From contig NMRA01000827.1 of NCBI GenBank assembly GCA_002633005.1, positions 11,451 through 75,450 of the forward strand: a stretch of DNA of 64,000 nt, read 5' to 3'. Position numbers and translations under genes: made by a program. Of the stretch, positions 52,279 to 64,000 are shown one piece after another (position 1 is the stretch's first letter; every line of letters starts with the position of its first letter). The notes below the pieces were generated by a model, which saw only the letters and a program-made list of their open reading frames with translations, made no database searches and was not told where the DNA came from. Source of the DNA: Phoronis australis. Its lineage: Eukaryota > Animalia > Phoronida.

Positions 52279-53791
52279 TTAGAATTACAAATACATTATT
52301 CAAATCATTGTTAATGTACAACCTCTGCCCTGACGGTCTGTGGAAGGGGAACCCGATTCGCGGCCCCGACAAGTAAGTGGATTTTCAGTTTCGTGGCTAA
52401 TTCACGTAAATAATTACGTGCACATTATGTCTTTGGCTCACTATTATAGTCTTTTGGTGACTGGAGGTTTAGTTTCCAACTCAAGCTGGTTGTATTCATG
52501 CCAATCTCGGCGGGAACGACGGGCCAGCCTGATCTTGTTCGGAGCCACTGGCCAGGATAACGAGTAAGTCCGGCCGCGCCGGGCCTGATCGGGTTCCGAG
52601 CCACTGGCCGGGATAACAAGCGTTTAATGTGTTTAGAACTTAAAAAATCACAAGTCTAAGCAACACAGATCTAGTTTCTTCTGTCTGTATTTCACGGAAG
52701 AATACTTCGAATTTATCACCGAACAGACCCCAAACTCCTGCTACGGACCTTGGTAAATTGGCATGCCAAACGTTGCAGGTTACGGTGTGTCCAAATACCA
52801 GTAAATCCGTAACAGAGAAAAAAAAACACGTTTTTATAAGAACTCGGTGAATTTTTAAGGGTTTTACATCGAAGCTTGGTGATTTATAAGCTGACACCAG
52901 TAACCCGTGTTGCGAACTGCTGAACAGACTGCGTGTGAAACCAATGACATCATTAGATAATTTCAACACCTCCGTCTGCCGTCAGGTGTCAGGTAACTTA
53001 ACCGAACGTGCCGTTATCGAGTAGAAATACTCGATCTAAACTGATACAAAATAGGTTGTTTTTGGGTGGCATTCTCCTTTAAACCAAATTGACGCAATTT
53101 AGAAATTGTGTCAATCGAGGCCGGCGTTGGGCCTTTACAGCCTAGTGCACCACCTGGAAACCCCTGCTGATAAGTGTGGAGGACTCCGTAGTTGGAGTTC
53201 CTTGCGAACTTGGAGAGATCCGAACCACGAGGGTGAAACGCGAGTGTTTCACGAACAAGCTCGAGCTTTCACTGGCATGCAATAGGAAAATGACTGCCAT
53301 TGTACCTATTTGACGGCTAGCCTGGAACGTTGAAGTAAATTCACTGTTTCTGTTCTAAAAGACACAAATTCTCTGCCTAAAGTCTCTCGCTATTGGCAAT
53401 TGTTACCGAATTTGCCCCTGGTCAGTGAGACAGATCCATGGGTTTACGTCAACATTTCCCGCCTTCTGTCTAACAACGAACTTTTGATTCCAAGCATTTA
53501 CCGTTGTAAAACAGGCCTTAATTTCTTCCTTATGGGATTAGGCGTGCTTCCTGGGATTGGAAAGAACCGAAAGTTAGTTATTTCTTCAGAATAGAGAACC
53601 TTGACCTACATTCTACAGTTGCTGATGCCACACGGATGGGCGCGCTCCTTAATTGCCACAGGTCATGAGAGTTCATGAACCAGGAAGCGTATGTCCCTGA
53701 AGAGTGACGAATTTGTGTGCAAAAGAAATCTTTACATCCGACCGCGTTGAATCAACCTTTTATTTAAAAACGCCCATTGTAATGATAGCAT

Positions 53792-54476
53792 ATAAATATA
53801 GATTATTACATGGCGAAGTCGTTATCCCCCGTTATCTAGAGCTCGAGTGGATTTTAGAGACTCATCGCCCGAGAGGCGTCAGCCCCGAGGGTGATAATTC
53901 TACAAAATCCACGAGGGCTCTAGATAAGGGGGATAACGACTGAGAACATGTAATAATCTATTTATACCACATACTGAGCGAGAAACATTACAAGGAATCG
54001 ATCTACCTTTCTCGACTCGCCTAGGTTTTGTAACTACTTTCTATGTCAGAGGTCCGGGGTCGGAGGTCGTGACCTTTTAAGAAAAGCCGAGCTATTTTTG
54101 TCAAATAATGCTTATACTCAAAACCAATTGAAAATTCAAACAAAATAGAAATAAAGTGAATCTATAAATTAAGGTTTAGCAACTAGTATAGCTTACTACA
54201 CATTTTATCACGCTAAGCTTCGATGGGGAAAATATCGTCTGCTAAAGTAGGTTACCACTAGTAACTGACTATAATGCTCAAGTCAAAGGATCCCGACGAC
54301 ACGATACCCGCATTCAAATTAGAGATCGGCGATTTACAAGTGAGAGAACAAAGAAAAAAATTTCACTGAATTAAAATATCGTTTTTATGGAAATTATGTG
54401 TCTTATTTTTCGTAGTGTATAAATGTCGATGCAATGCCCTTTGCTGAACATTCGTTTGTTGCGCGTGCTCATTTAA
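53792..54476 (+). mobile_element. Second copy of the hairpin-headed element, cut at a TTAA
   Basis: Aligns with 26146-26828; palindrome 53798-53961. Confidence 0.85.
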
Positions 54477-54700
54477 AGACGAAGGCAACCTTTTTTCACG
54501 TCGTTTTTAGCAAAAATAGGGTTCGTTGATTATCCCAGACATATTTTTCACTTATTTACAGCTTTTCGTAATTTAATTAATTACTCGTCGTCTACTCCGG
54601 AAGTGACGTTTTGGGAGGCAAGAATTTCGCGCCAATTTCTTTTCATACAGTCTGACTGAGAGAGCAGTCGAGTCAGTCATTGTTCTACCTCGGTTGTGAT
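54477..54700 (+). mobile_element. Kolobok-like left end
   Basis: TTAA|AGACGAAGGCAAC, homologous to 22905-23130. Confidence 0.7.
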
Positions 54701-55758
54701 AAGTTCGCTGCGTTCTTCAATCAGGAAAAAGTGTCAATCAGGAAACACTGCAAGCGCCACAGACTCGAAGTCACGACCTGGCGGATACAGCGCGCGAACT
54801 TTACCATTACACCACCACGATTTAACTCACAATTTAACATTAAAAGACCTACTTGTTTATGGTCCACAGCGTTTGCCCGCGAAACCTTCTTTTTGTAATG
54901 CTTATTACATGTTTATATTTTGTTCAATCAGTTTTTAACAAATTTGTTGTATTTAAAATAGTCTTCAAGTACCCAAAAGACCAAATCCGTTTTTTGTGTT
55001 GGCAATAATGACGCGATTGCTTTGGAAATCGTCCTAAGTTAAGGTTTGACAAAGAGAGAATTATGAGTTTCTGCGTGATTCACTAAGGCTTCGTTTAAAA
55101 GTGACATCTTACCAGCAACTTCTGTTTTTTCGTCATCACTCAGATTCCATTTTCTTTAAAAAATGAAGTAATTTTCTTCATTGCACAGTGGAGCAGACGA
55201 CGGAAACGAAGTCGTAGTGCCTATCGCCACTGCCGGTCGCCTGAGATAACGCGCGAGAGCCTATACTTAGCCATAGTTCCGTTACGATTGCGCAGTGTTC
55301 CGAATTTGACACTTGAAATTGGATCTGAGCCCCCTCCCCAAACACTAAAACTGCACACATTTAAATCTCGTTTCAGCCGTATAATTTTAATTACCGGGAT
55401 TAACTAATAAACTCAACATTTCCCTACGCTCTTGCTGTTTTATTTTTTGCGGCTGCCAAGGGGAGCGGGTGGGCCCCCTGCCCCCCCCTAAATCCGACTA
55501 TGAAAATAAGCAAGCACGTTATGCGACAAACTGGTTCCCTGCGCTGCGTCCGGTCTCGGGAACAGCCTGCTTGGCCAGGCGGCAAAGTTCTGCTCTTGGC
55601 GATTTCGAATTGTCTGTTCTTTCCGAGCCCGGAAATGAATTTTATTCTTTGCAGTCGTGTGGAACAGGTTACGACCACTTCCATTACGGTAATGGGTAAA
55701 ATTAAAAACGATTGTTTGACAGAAGGCGTGTCATCACATTTCAATATATCTGTTTTAG

Positions 55759-55821
55759 ATGACAAATACTGCTGTGACTTCGTTCTTCATCTGTGCTGCA
55801 CCTACTGGTACACGTGGTGGT
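55759..55821 (+). CDS. WBP1/VOPP1/Shisa-like protein, Cys-rich exon
   Basis: TGTTTTAG| 63 bp |GTAAGT, phase 1-1; (D)DKYCCDFVLHLCCTYWYTWW(W). Confidence 0.82.
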
Positions 55822-57260
55822 GTAAGTATAGTTGTATTATAGTCTTTTTGACATAGTTTGTGTTGTTCAGGAACGGGTCCGGTAATTTGCTTGAGGGTTA
55901 CCGCAGGATCACAGAGGTACCTTAAAAACGCCCTTACCGTTCACACTAAATGGAGCATAGAAACACGATAGCAACCAACATTTGACTGTTGACGTCATAT
56001 GTGTCCGCTTAATGAAGATTTACAATGTGTAGGGCGCCATCACTCGGCCGTTTGACCCACTCTAACTTCGACAAAGTTGATATGTGTCACACTTTTTACT
56101 GAGAATTAAGTCAATACCAACCGGTGCGAATAGCTTTCGATGCTATGGTTCAAGTTAAATCACTACGTGGCTTAGTCGCGATGCTGAAGGAAACCTATTC
56201 TCTAATTTCTCTTATAATGCGTGTTGGTTTACGACCGCAATTATCTCATCCAACACGTTCAGCCAAACCCCTGAATAGCGTCTAGCTCACTTCAGTCCGT
56301 GACGGCGTTAATTCAAGCCCTTGTTGTGCCGATCTCGTTGGATGTTCTGGGGAAAATAGTCCCGCTTTCTCGTCCACTTGCATGCAAATCATGTTTGCGT
56401 AAGATTTACCCAATGTATATACACAAATCCACTCAAAGAAAACCATCACTGTAATGCATATTCTAATGCCTCAGCCAGTGCTGCAAAGCCTTAACTTGTA
56501 ACTAACATTAGGACCTATTCAGCAACAACCTGACTAATTCAGTTACCTGTAATGACTCACACTAATTCGTGCCTGAGTATTTGTAGTTTGATACAGTGTC
56601 CAGCGGAGCTTTTTGACAATTCAAAACAATTACTTCTCTATAGAATTTTCTGAAATCTATACTCAATCATTTTTGGTATATATGTACTTGGCTTTACAGT
56701 GTACTAATATCTTTTCACAAAAAATTCCAGCATCCTAGAATGCTTTCGAGTCAATTAAGTGTTTTAAAATTCCAGTAAAATTGTATATTATACACTGTAA
56801 AACAAACCAATTACATAACTTGTTGAAACCAGTGTCAGCTTGCCGCTGGCTCCCTGTTCATCCCGCAACGAGATTTTCAGGTATGCATATCATATCATAT
56901 CATATTCTATGGCCGCCCCTCTAAATTCCAGCTGCAATCCCCATAAACACTAGTCCCGTACCACCAAATTTCGTCAAACCTGTTGTACGAATTCAATGTA
57001 TACTCGCGTTCCTGAAGTCCATACACGAGCTGAAAGCATTCCGTATCCTGGGAATAAAGTGGAAGTGGGTCCGTGTGATGAATTAATCTAGTCCCCCGGT
57101 ATGGTGTTTGGTCACTGCTATCGAGTAAACTTGATCTCGAGCTATTATAATTTATAGACTGTCATGAATACGTGCATGTGAAGTTTTAATTTATAGTCAC
57201 AATGATCATACGTGCACGTGAACATTTAGCTGAGATTGCATCAACAGTTTCGCCTTGCAG

Positions 57261-57415
57261 GGTTCTGGTTGATATGGGCGTTTGTCATCATATTTTTCGC
57301 TTTCTGCGGATGGGCCATTCGCAGACGATATGTCATGGTGCAGAACCCCGTTGTTCTCGTACAAGAGCAAAGGCCGCCAGGTTATGGAGCGACACCTACC
57401 AGCGGATATCAGCCG
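57261..57415 (+). CDS. WBP1/VOPP1/Shisa-like protein, transmembrane exon
   Basis: TTGCAG| phase 1; (W)FWLIWAFVIIFFAFCGWAIRRRYVMVQNPVVLVQEQRPPGYGATPTSGYQP |GTAATA: TM helix, basic stop-transfer, Pro/Tyr-rich tail. Confidence 0.8.
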
Positions 57416-60224
57416 GTAATACAAGGGTTTTGAAACTTTTTCATCAGCTCAGCCTAGTAGACTGTTTACAACAAAATCCTTGGTTTGCTTTCATCAGATT
57501 AGAGCATAGACTAATTAGAACCGATCCTGGAGGTCAGTGTCAGGTTATATATATGCCAAGGGAGAACGATGCTGCTCGAGGTCCAGGCGGAGGGGCATGT
57601 TGCCCTCCCGAGGTCCATCACTAAGCATCCGATCGTGTGATCAGTCTTCATTTGTTTTATTACAACTATGGTGCTTCTTTCATCTGATTTCTTCTTGAGA
57701 GGTATTTGGGTCCTATCGATCCTGCGTGCTGACTGAAAAGTGATATTCGAGGGCGTGCCTAGTTTCTCTTCCAGCATTAGAGTCAGGTAAACAACTCGAA
57801 AACGAGTTCATTTGATTTGATTTTTACCATACTAAGATGTTTTTAGTATGCTTACTTCAACATTTCAATAAATCAATGGTTGAGCTCGTCGTTGATTGAC
57901 CAATCACGTTCCAGATGTCAGATGAGTTCACCATACTCCAATTCTAATAGAAGCCGGATGCGGGTCTAAGACTAGCCCCATAAGGAAAAGTCACCAAGTG
58001 GTGTCATAGCCAATCAAAGGACAAAGCAATCAGTGGTTATCACGTGGTTTGTGATGCCGTGCAGTTGCCACGATAGTGTTTGTTTTGTGTGCATTGCTTC
58101 ATTGCTGATCACTGACATTGCACTTGCCAACTCAGTTGTCCTTTACGTGTCGCTAAGAAAGCCACCACAACATGGTGTCACCGCTCTTTGTGATAAGTAC
58201 GGGTAGATTGTCATTCATGCTAATTAATACAATGCAAATGACCACTGAGGCGAAATTCATTTCCTTTTCAGGCTGGTAAAGTGTGATCAGAGAAAAGGTG
58301 GACTTTTCGGACTGCGAGACAGATCTTTAAGAATATAATCGCAGTCGCATTTTTGAGGCGGTCGACGATTTCGTCTCAGAATTTGTGTGCGTTTGTGTCG
58401 TGTGTGCCGGGTGTATGCGCGTGTATGTGTGCGTGTGGACAGGCGTGCCTGTTGTGTGATCGTTCGAGACGTCAGTGTTTCCACGTTATTTGAAGAAGAA
58501 AAAATGGCGTTATTCACCAGAATTTCTCCTACGTATGCAATTTAATAAGCGTGTCCTAATACTACATGACTGTACAGAACTGTACCAAGTCTGGAAGATG
58601 CTGGAAGAGGGCACACGTGTCCCCAACAATATACAATGTACATGTTTTGCGCAAGATACTTACATTGGAATTCTGTCAAATATTCACGTAACTCTTGTTA
58701 ACATTCTTAATAATATACCGATAATACGATTATATGCGACCGGCTTCATTTACTCTCAAAAGCTTTCATATATTTACTACATCAATTTTGGTTAGAGATT
58801 GCTAATGCTGTCATTTTACATTTATTACTTACCTGAGACAGGCCCATCCGCAAGTGTGCACAAGAAAATTCAATACACTCTCCCAAGGGGTATATTTGTA
58901 TAGAGTTTGCATTGCTGAACTGTAACACTATTTTTGAGGGCCCTCTTGGAAAGCAGTGCTATCACTGACGAGGCCACCCTCATTTTAAATATCACAATAA
59001 TAATAAATAAATAATAAACACGTCAGTGACTGGTGCGGCCTGTCCTCTAAGCTACTGCTTAGTGCACCGCGGGTACTAGCTTGCCAGAATTACTAAGCGA
59101 GCAATACAGTCTGCAGTGAAAGAGATCTTTAGTTAAAAATACCTCAAACCCCGGGTTCCGAAAAGGTTATGACCTGCCTGGTGCACGATTACTATCGGAG
59201 GTTTACTGCAGACGACAAGCCCAGTGAGTACATGCGGAAAATATCAGTTTAGTGTTCAAAACTCAAGTCAATGAGTTTAGGGTTCAAAACTCAAGTCAAA
59301 ATTTTGCCCGGTAGTAAATTTCGAAATCCGCCGCAAATAGAAATCAACAGACAGGTAGGAGTTTATTATTGAGAAGTTGCTATAGTTACGGTTTTGGTGC
59401 CTGTTTCCCATGAAACGGGAAAAAGTTTTAAAATTCAACCATGCAAATTTTTCCCAAATGCACGTCCTGGGCGAATCGGTGGATTTTTTATATGCACCCA
59501 TTGGACGTATCTTTCTACGACGCGACGTTGTGATCATAGTCGAAACACAATGAAATACAATTTGTTCATTTAACATCTTTTCGTTTCTTTCGATTTGTTG
59601 AATACATATCGCTTTCGTTTGTTGAAAACATATTAGTTTGAGCAAATGCAGACACGTATAATCCAAAAATATTGCAAAATCATTTTTTATGGTTTTTGCT
59701 TCCGGTATCGTAGTATACAACCTATTTGTGTATCGAAGCATAATGTAGCTTTCCCTATCACTGTAGGCATTAGGACATCACCGTAGGTTTATTAATGTTG
59801 AAGCGTTCGGTGTTATCACAGGAAAGTGCTTATATCGAGGAGGATGTTGTACAATTACACTCACACGATGCTCCAATTGCTTCCTTATCTCCTCAACTGG
59901 CCACAAAAGTTATTTTGGTTGTATTAGACCATGGGTCGTACCTCCGGTCTTAATTACACCAGACCATCTCAGGGGGACAACTTTTTCTTGTTTGGCTGAA
60001 CACTTTCATGCATCTGGTATTGTTGTTTTGAAATGGAACTTGTGTTGATGTCAAAGCATTTCTCTTTAGTTTCGATTTCAAAAAACGATCTGTCACAATG
60101 TGACCTTTGACCTTTGATGTAAAACAAAACAATGACAACTTCAAGCAACACCCAGGCAATTGGTTTAAGTCCTAACTTTTTATAATCAGACTACCGGTAT
60201 GTATATTACTGGGTTCTCTTTTAG

Positions 60225-60248
60225 AACAAAGAACCGTACCTTGATGTG
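60225..60248 (+). CDS. Candidate 24-bp micro-exon of the same gene
   Basis: TTCTCTTTTAG|NKEPYLDV|GTAAGT, phase 0-0, compatible with the preceding exon. Confidence 0.4.
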
Positions 60249-60540
60249 GTAAGTGCACAGCCGTTTCGTCCATCAGGGTTTGTATTTTTCTCTCCTTGAC
60301 TGCCTGTAACCAATCGCTGATTGACTTGCCGGTACAATCCAATTTTCAGTAACGTAGTCACCGTGTACATTACTACATTTAAGAACATACATGTAAGCTT
60401 GTCCATGAGCGGCGCAACCCTGAAATAAGTGGAGGGTATAGTTCCCATTCTCCTATGATGCGCCGCCCATGTTGTGCAAACATTTTCCGTCAAAATACGA
60501 TCCCCGTCTTATCCAACAGAATTTTAATGCAGCTATTTGT

Positions 60541-60712
60541 TAAGTCATCCATCCCATGAGCGAGATTTTGCCTTTTTCACACGAGATCTGTGAAAAAGGG
60601 ATGGATGACATAAAAGTTGGCTGCAAACAGTAATTGCTACGAGCACTAGACCGGCATTCTAGAGACCTGTGGTTCGATTCCCAGTTGGTGTTCCAGATTT
60701 TCTGTGCTTATT
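60541..60712 (+). mobile_element. Hairpin plus tRNA-like element fragment
   Basis: Palindromic arms GTCATCCATCCC/GGGATGGATGAC and CCTTTTTCAC/GTGAAAAAGG, then GAGCACTAGACCGGCA..GGTTCGATTCCC. Confidence 0.6.
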
Positions 60713-61425
60713 TGATACATTCTCCATTGTGTTTAGCGTCAGATGTTGCTGCTCGCTTTCCCGTGGATTGGCGAAGCGTGGCATTTGTGACAACATACAG
60801 TACGCAGTATTTGACCACGCTGTGGCTAAGGTTCAGGCTTTTCCCGGCACGGGCATCAGAGAATCGCGGATCTGGCACAATTAAGTTAGTACAAGAAACT
60901 CGCAAGATGATGGATATAGCACACTGAAGCTGCCCGTGGAGCTAAGAAACTTCCATTCGCTTATCTTCTTTTTCTCGTTTTTGAGATACTGAATTCCCGG
61001 TTGTTATATATGTACTCAGTGCAATAACCAAGGTTAATATGATGCTGACAATACAGTCACTTGTTAAAACAAGGTAAATACTGGTTTTAAGCACTTTAAT
61101 ACCTAAAATGTTTATGTACAGAATTCACTTACCAGACGAAACGAAGTATCTCTTACGGGCACTTACTTGAGATCGTTTGCATTGTGCACAAATTATTTAG
61201 CCACCGATGCTTTTATAAAATGACGTTAGATAGCGCTACTGAACAAGGTAGACGTTCTCGTCCAAGCTACATGTAGAAAACATCAAGTAGTGCACTGCAA
61301 ACGTGTCTCTACAGTTGTATGAGACAAGCACCTTACTTTCATCCACACCTTGGACGAGAAGTGATTTCACATGATGGTTTCAGCCATGTAGGTCACGTGG
61401 AAGCTGAGATGCAACCTTAAGCCCA

Positions 61426-61616
61426 GGCCTGTTTCTCGAACAATCTATAGTCAAAAGTTTTGATAGGTGTCTTCATTTAGGCTTTTAACACGCTCCCAAG
61501 CAGGTTTCGGGTTTTGATCACTCAGCTTCAAGGTGCAGACAGATTTCCCGACATTTAGCCTTAACCTGATTTTGTCAAACACGCTAAGCCAACCCTAGCC
61601 TTTTCGAGAAACAGCC
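61426..61616. mobile_element. MITE
   Basis: CTGTTTCTCGAA / TTCGAGAAACAG inverted ends. Confidence 0.6.
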
Positions 61617-61625
61617 ACAAGGAGA

Positions 61626-61750
61626 AATTCCATCTCATGAACAACGTTCAATTCCATCTCATCAACAACGTTCAATTCCATCTCATCAACAACGTTCAAT
61701 TCCATCTCATCAACAACGTTCAATTCCATCTCATCAACAACGTTCAATTC
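61626..61750. repeat. 24-bp tandem repeat, about 5 copies
   Basis: Unit AATTCCATCTCATCAACAACGTTC. Confidence 0.93.
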
Positions 61751-64000
61751 ATCTACTGTAGCTATTGCAATTCAAACGTGAGACATGAGGTACAGCATAC
61801 CACAAATCACAAATACATTCATTTAGTAAAACATGCTATTTACATAAAATGATCACTTTAACCCCAAAAAATCTTCCCAGTTGCAGTACAAGCCAAACGT
61901 ATTCAGCCAAAATGACCCACAATTACCCGTCATGACAGCTGGGAGGAAGTCGAAGTCACCGTCAGAAGGGGAAAAACAGGTAACCTCATTGGGTGGCTAA
62001 GCCATTTCGCAATTAGAATTTTGCCGCGGTAATAGTCTTTACCAGCCTTTTTTGTTGTTAACAGAATTAGCCGTCATGACCGGGGAAACGGTATTAGTCT
62101 GATTACTTTTGTCTTCTACTGTAGTAATTTCAGATATCGATTCGCGCAAAACTGGAACCTGAGTTAAAAAATAATTTCCTTCCGCCAATCTCTTCTGTAA
62201 GTCACCCGTACTCATTTTTTTAAACAGCAATTATGAAAGAAAGTCAACCAAAGACGGAACTTCTCTTTGGTCAGTATCAGCCGTTGCCGTACAGCTATAC
62301 ATATTACAGTAATACAGTCCCTCATTTAAGACTTCATCAAGTAAAAACTGTCTTAAAATGTTTGTGACATATTACTCTTAAAGTTACATTTCGCTCTGTT
62401 TAGCCGGCAAAAAACTAAAACTGAATTCGGCAGTTTACTCTCCAACAATCGGCCTCACCGCTGTTTCTAGCCACCAAAGGATTTTATTTTCGTTAACTAG
62501 AAGAACATGGAAACAGATACACAAGAAATGCTTAAGCGTTTACTGGTTTTGGCAAACCCTGAAATTGCGGATTCAATAGTGGCTCATGCACGCATTGCCT
62601 CAGACATGGGTTGCCAGCCCATTGGGCAATAATTCAAGATCGAACGAGTCCGAGAAAGGCCCGTTAGTTAATAATCCAGCGTTGATAGCTTAACAGGCGC
62701 GAAATGCTGCTTTCGTTCGACAATGCTCAAAGAAAGGTGGGGAACCGCGATGATGCAGTTTGATTCGTTCTGTAGGTGGCGCAGAGCATCGCCGACAAGG
62801 TGACGTAGTTTATTCCATTACGTCGTGGCTTTATCATATAATTGCTAATGTCAGTACAAATACACAGAGACCCGAATTTCATCCTTTGATCAATTGTCCG
62901 ATCGTTTATGTGCGGAGCAGGAAAACGCGTGTTGCTTTGATATACAACTTTCATACCCGACAAATGCGTGTAGGAATATTCAGAAAAATATATCGTCGAC
63001 GTAGTTCTTAACAAAAACAACGAGCAATTGGGTAACCGAAAAAATACAGGTCTCGAAGAGGTCATTCCACCAACGATGTTCTGATCTGAAGATAATCTGT
63101 AAGTTACCAAGTCACTAGGGTAACTGCAGCATCACAGACTCACAGTTACTGCAGCAAACGAAACCAAAATCTGGTGCTCTCAGCTACATTGACAGTTTTA
63201 CGGACAGCGCCCTGCTGCGTGATCTCGTCTCCGCAATGAGTTGCGGGGTCACCACTGCGTCATAACTACCCATGTGTTCCAATGACATTTCTTTTGAAGT
63301 TACATCTTATACATGGAGACCAGTCGCAAACGTTGGCAGCTAGGGAGAAAGCAAACGCTTCCAGTTTGAAGACGTAATCTCTCATGATTCCGTGATAGGA
63401 TGCGTAACCATATTTTTCGGAGATCGAGTGTTGCACCAACACCTATACATGTGTAAGTAGACAGGGTGTCCCAAAATGTATTCATACATATTTTAAAGCG
63501 GAAGTACGAGTGACGTAATGCAGGCGTGCGTTCAGTAGACGCTACGACCTACGCTAGGACCTAGCTCAAATCTAGTCAAGGTCACGTGTTCTTATTTAAA
63601 ATACACGGCAATATCTCACGTAATCTCGCGAAGTCTTGCTTTTTAGCAAGGTCCTAGTGTTACTGAACGGGAGGCAGCTTTTCCTATTCCAGCAAACCGG
63701 AAGTTAACTTTGCAAAGCGTACAATACAGCAACAAGTGGGCACAGTTGCCTCTAACTAGAACGATATAAAAAAATTGCTCTGAATTCTTGGGTTTGGCAA
63801 AGCTTGGCTTTACCAGGGTATGGGAACAGAACTTGTCTCAGTTCTTTCATTTATTTAAACAGCGGTGCAAAGATGTTGATCAGCAACAATGGCTTGATTT
63901 CTTGAATAAATCACCGTAACTCGAAACGTAAAGGAAAATTAAATCACACATATACTAAGAAGATTACTTAGATATGATTGATACATGTAGCATTGCAATT

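Larger units (their letters stand above)
47458..53078. mobile_element. Non-autonomous Kolobok-type element (outer copy)
   Basis: TTAA at 47454-47457 and 53079-53082; TIR AGGAGAATGCGACCC / GGGTGGCATTCTCCT; THAP relic at about 50576-50775 (+) and a convergent YQFEPEY KolX-like start (-). Confidence 0.88.

Noticed and set aside
58272-58286. Possible terminal exon AGKV-stop of the WBP1-like gene
   Set aside because: An acceptor-like site is present, but the exon is too short to support and lacks the expected PPxY motif.

Overview
Eukaryotic (metazoan, probably marine invertebrate) genomic DNA: AT-rich, transposon-dense, with two assembly gaps. Host genes: (i) two tandem paralogous MFS transporters with single-exon CDSs, MFSD4/NaGLT1-like (16949-18448 and 33693-35189, +), inside a diverged segmental duplication; (ii) a spliced WBP1/VOPP1/Shisa-like single-pass membrane protein gene that the ORF track does not assemble, rebuilt by eye from short exons at 46321-46363, 55759-55821, 57261-57415 and possibly 60225-60248, with a decayed partial copy near 12.3-13.7 kb. 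The rest is mobile DNA: an Academ-like 5' end, a Kolobok-type element inserted in reverse into a sister copy (each carrying a HINE/Helentron-type insert), THAP, KolX and P-like remnants, an RTEX-like LINE tail, Harbinger-type MITEs, tRNA-derived SINEs and minisatellites. Two less ordinary signals stand out: hairpin-headed elements with an internal tRNA-like Pol III cassette, and repeated TA>TACATGTA/TACAGTA micro-insertions between paralogous copies that look like Tc1/mariner excision footprints. All alignments and family assignments were made by eye, with no database search.
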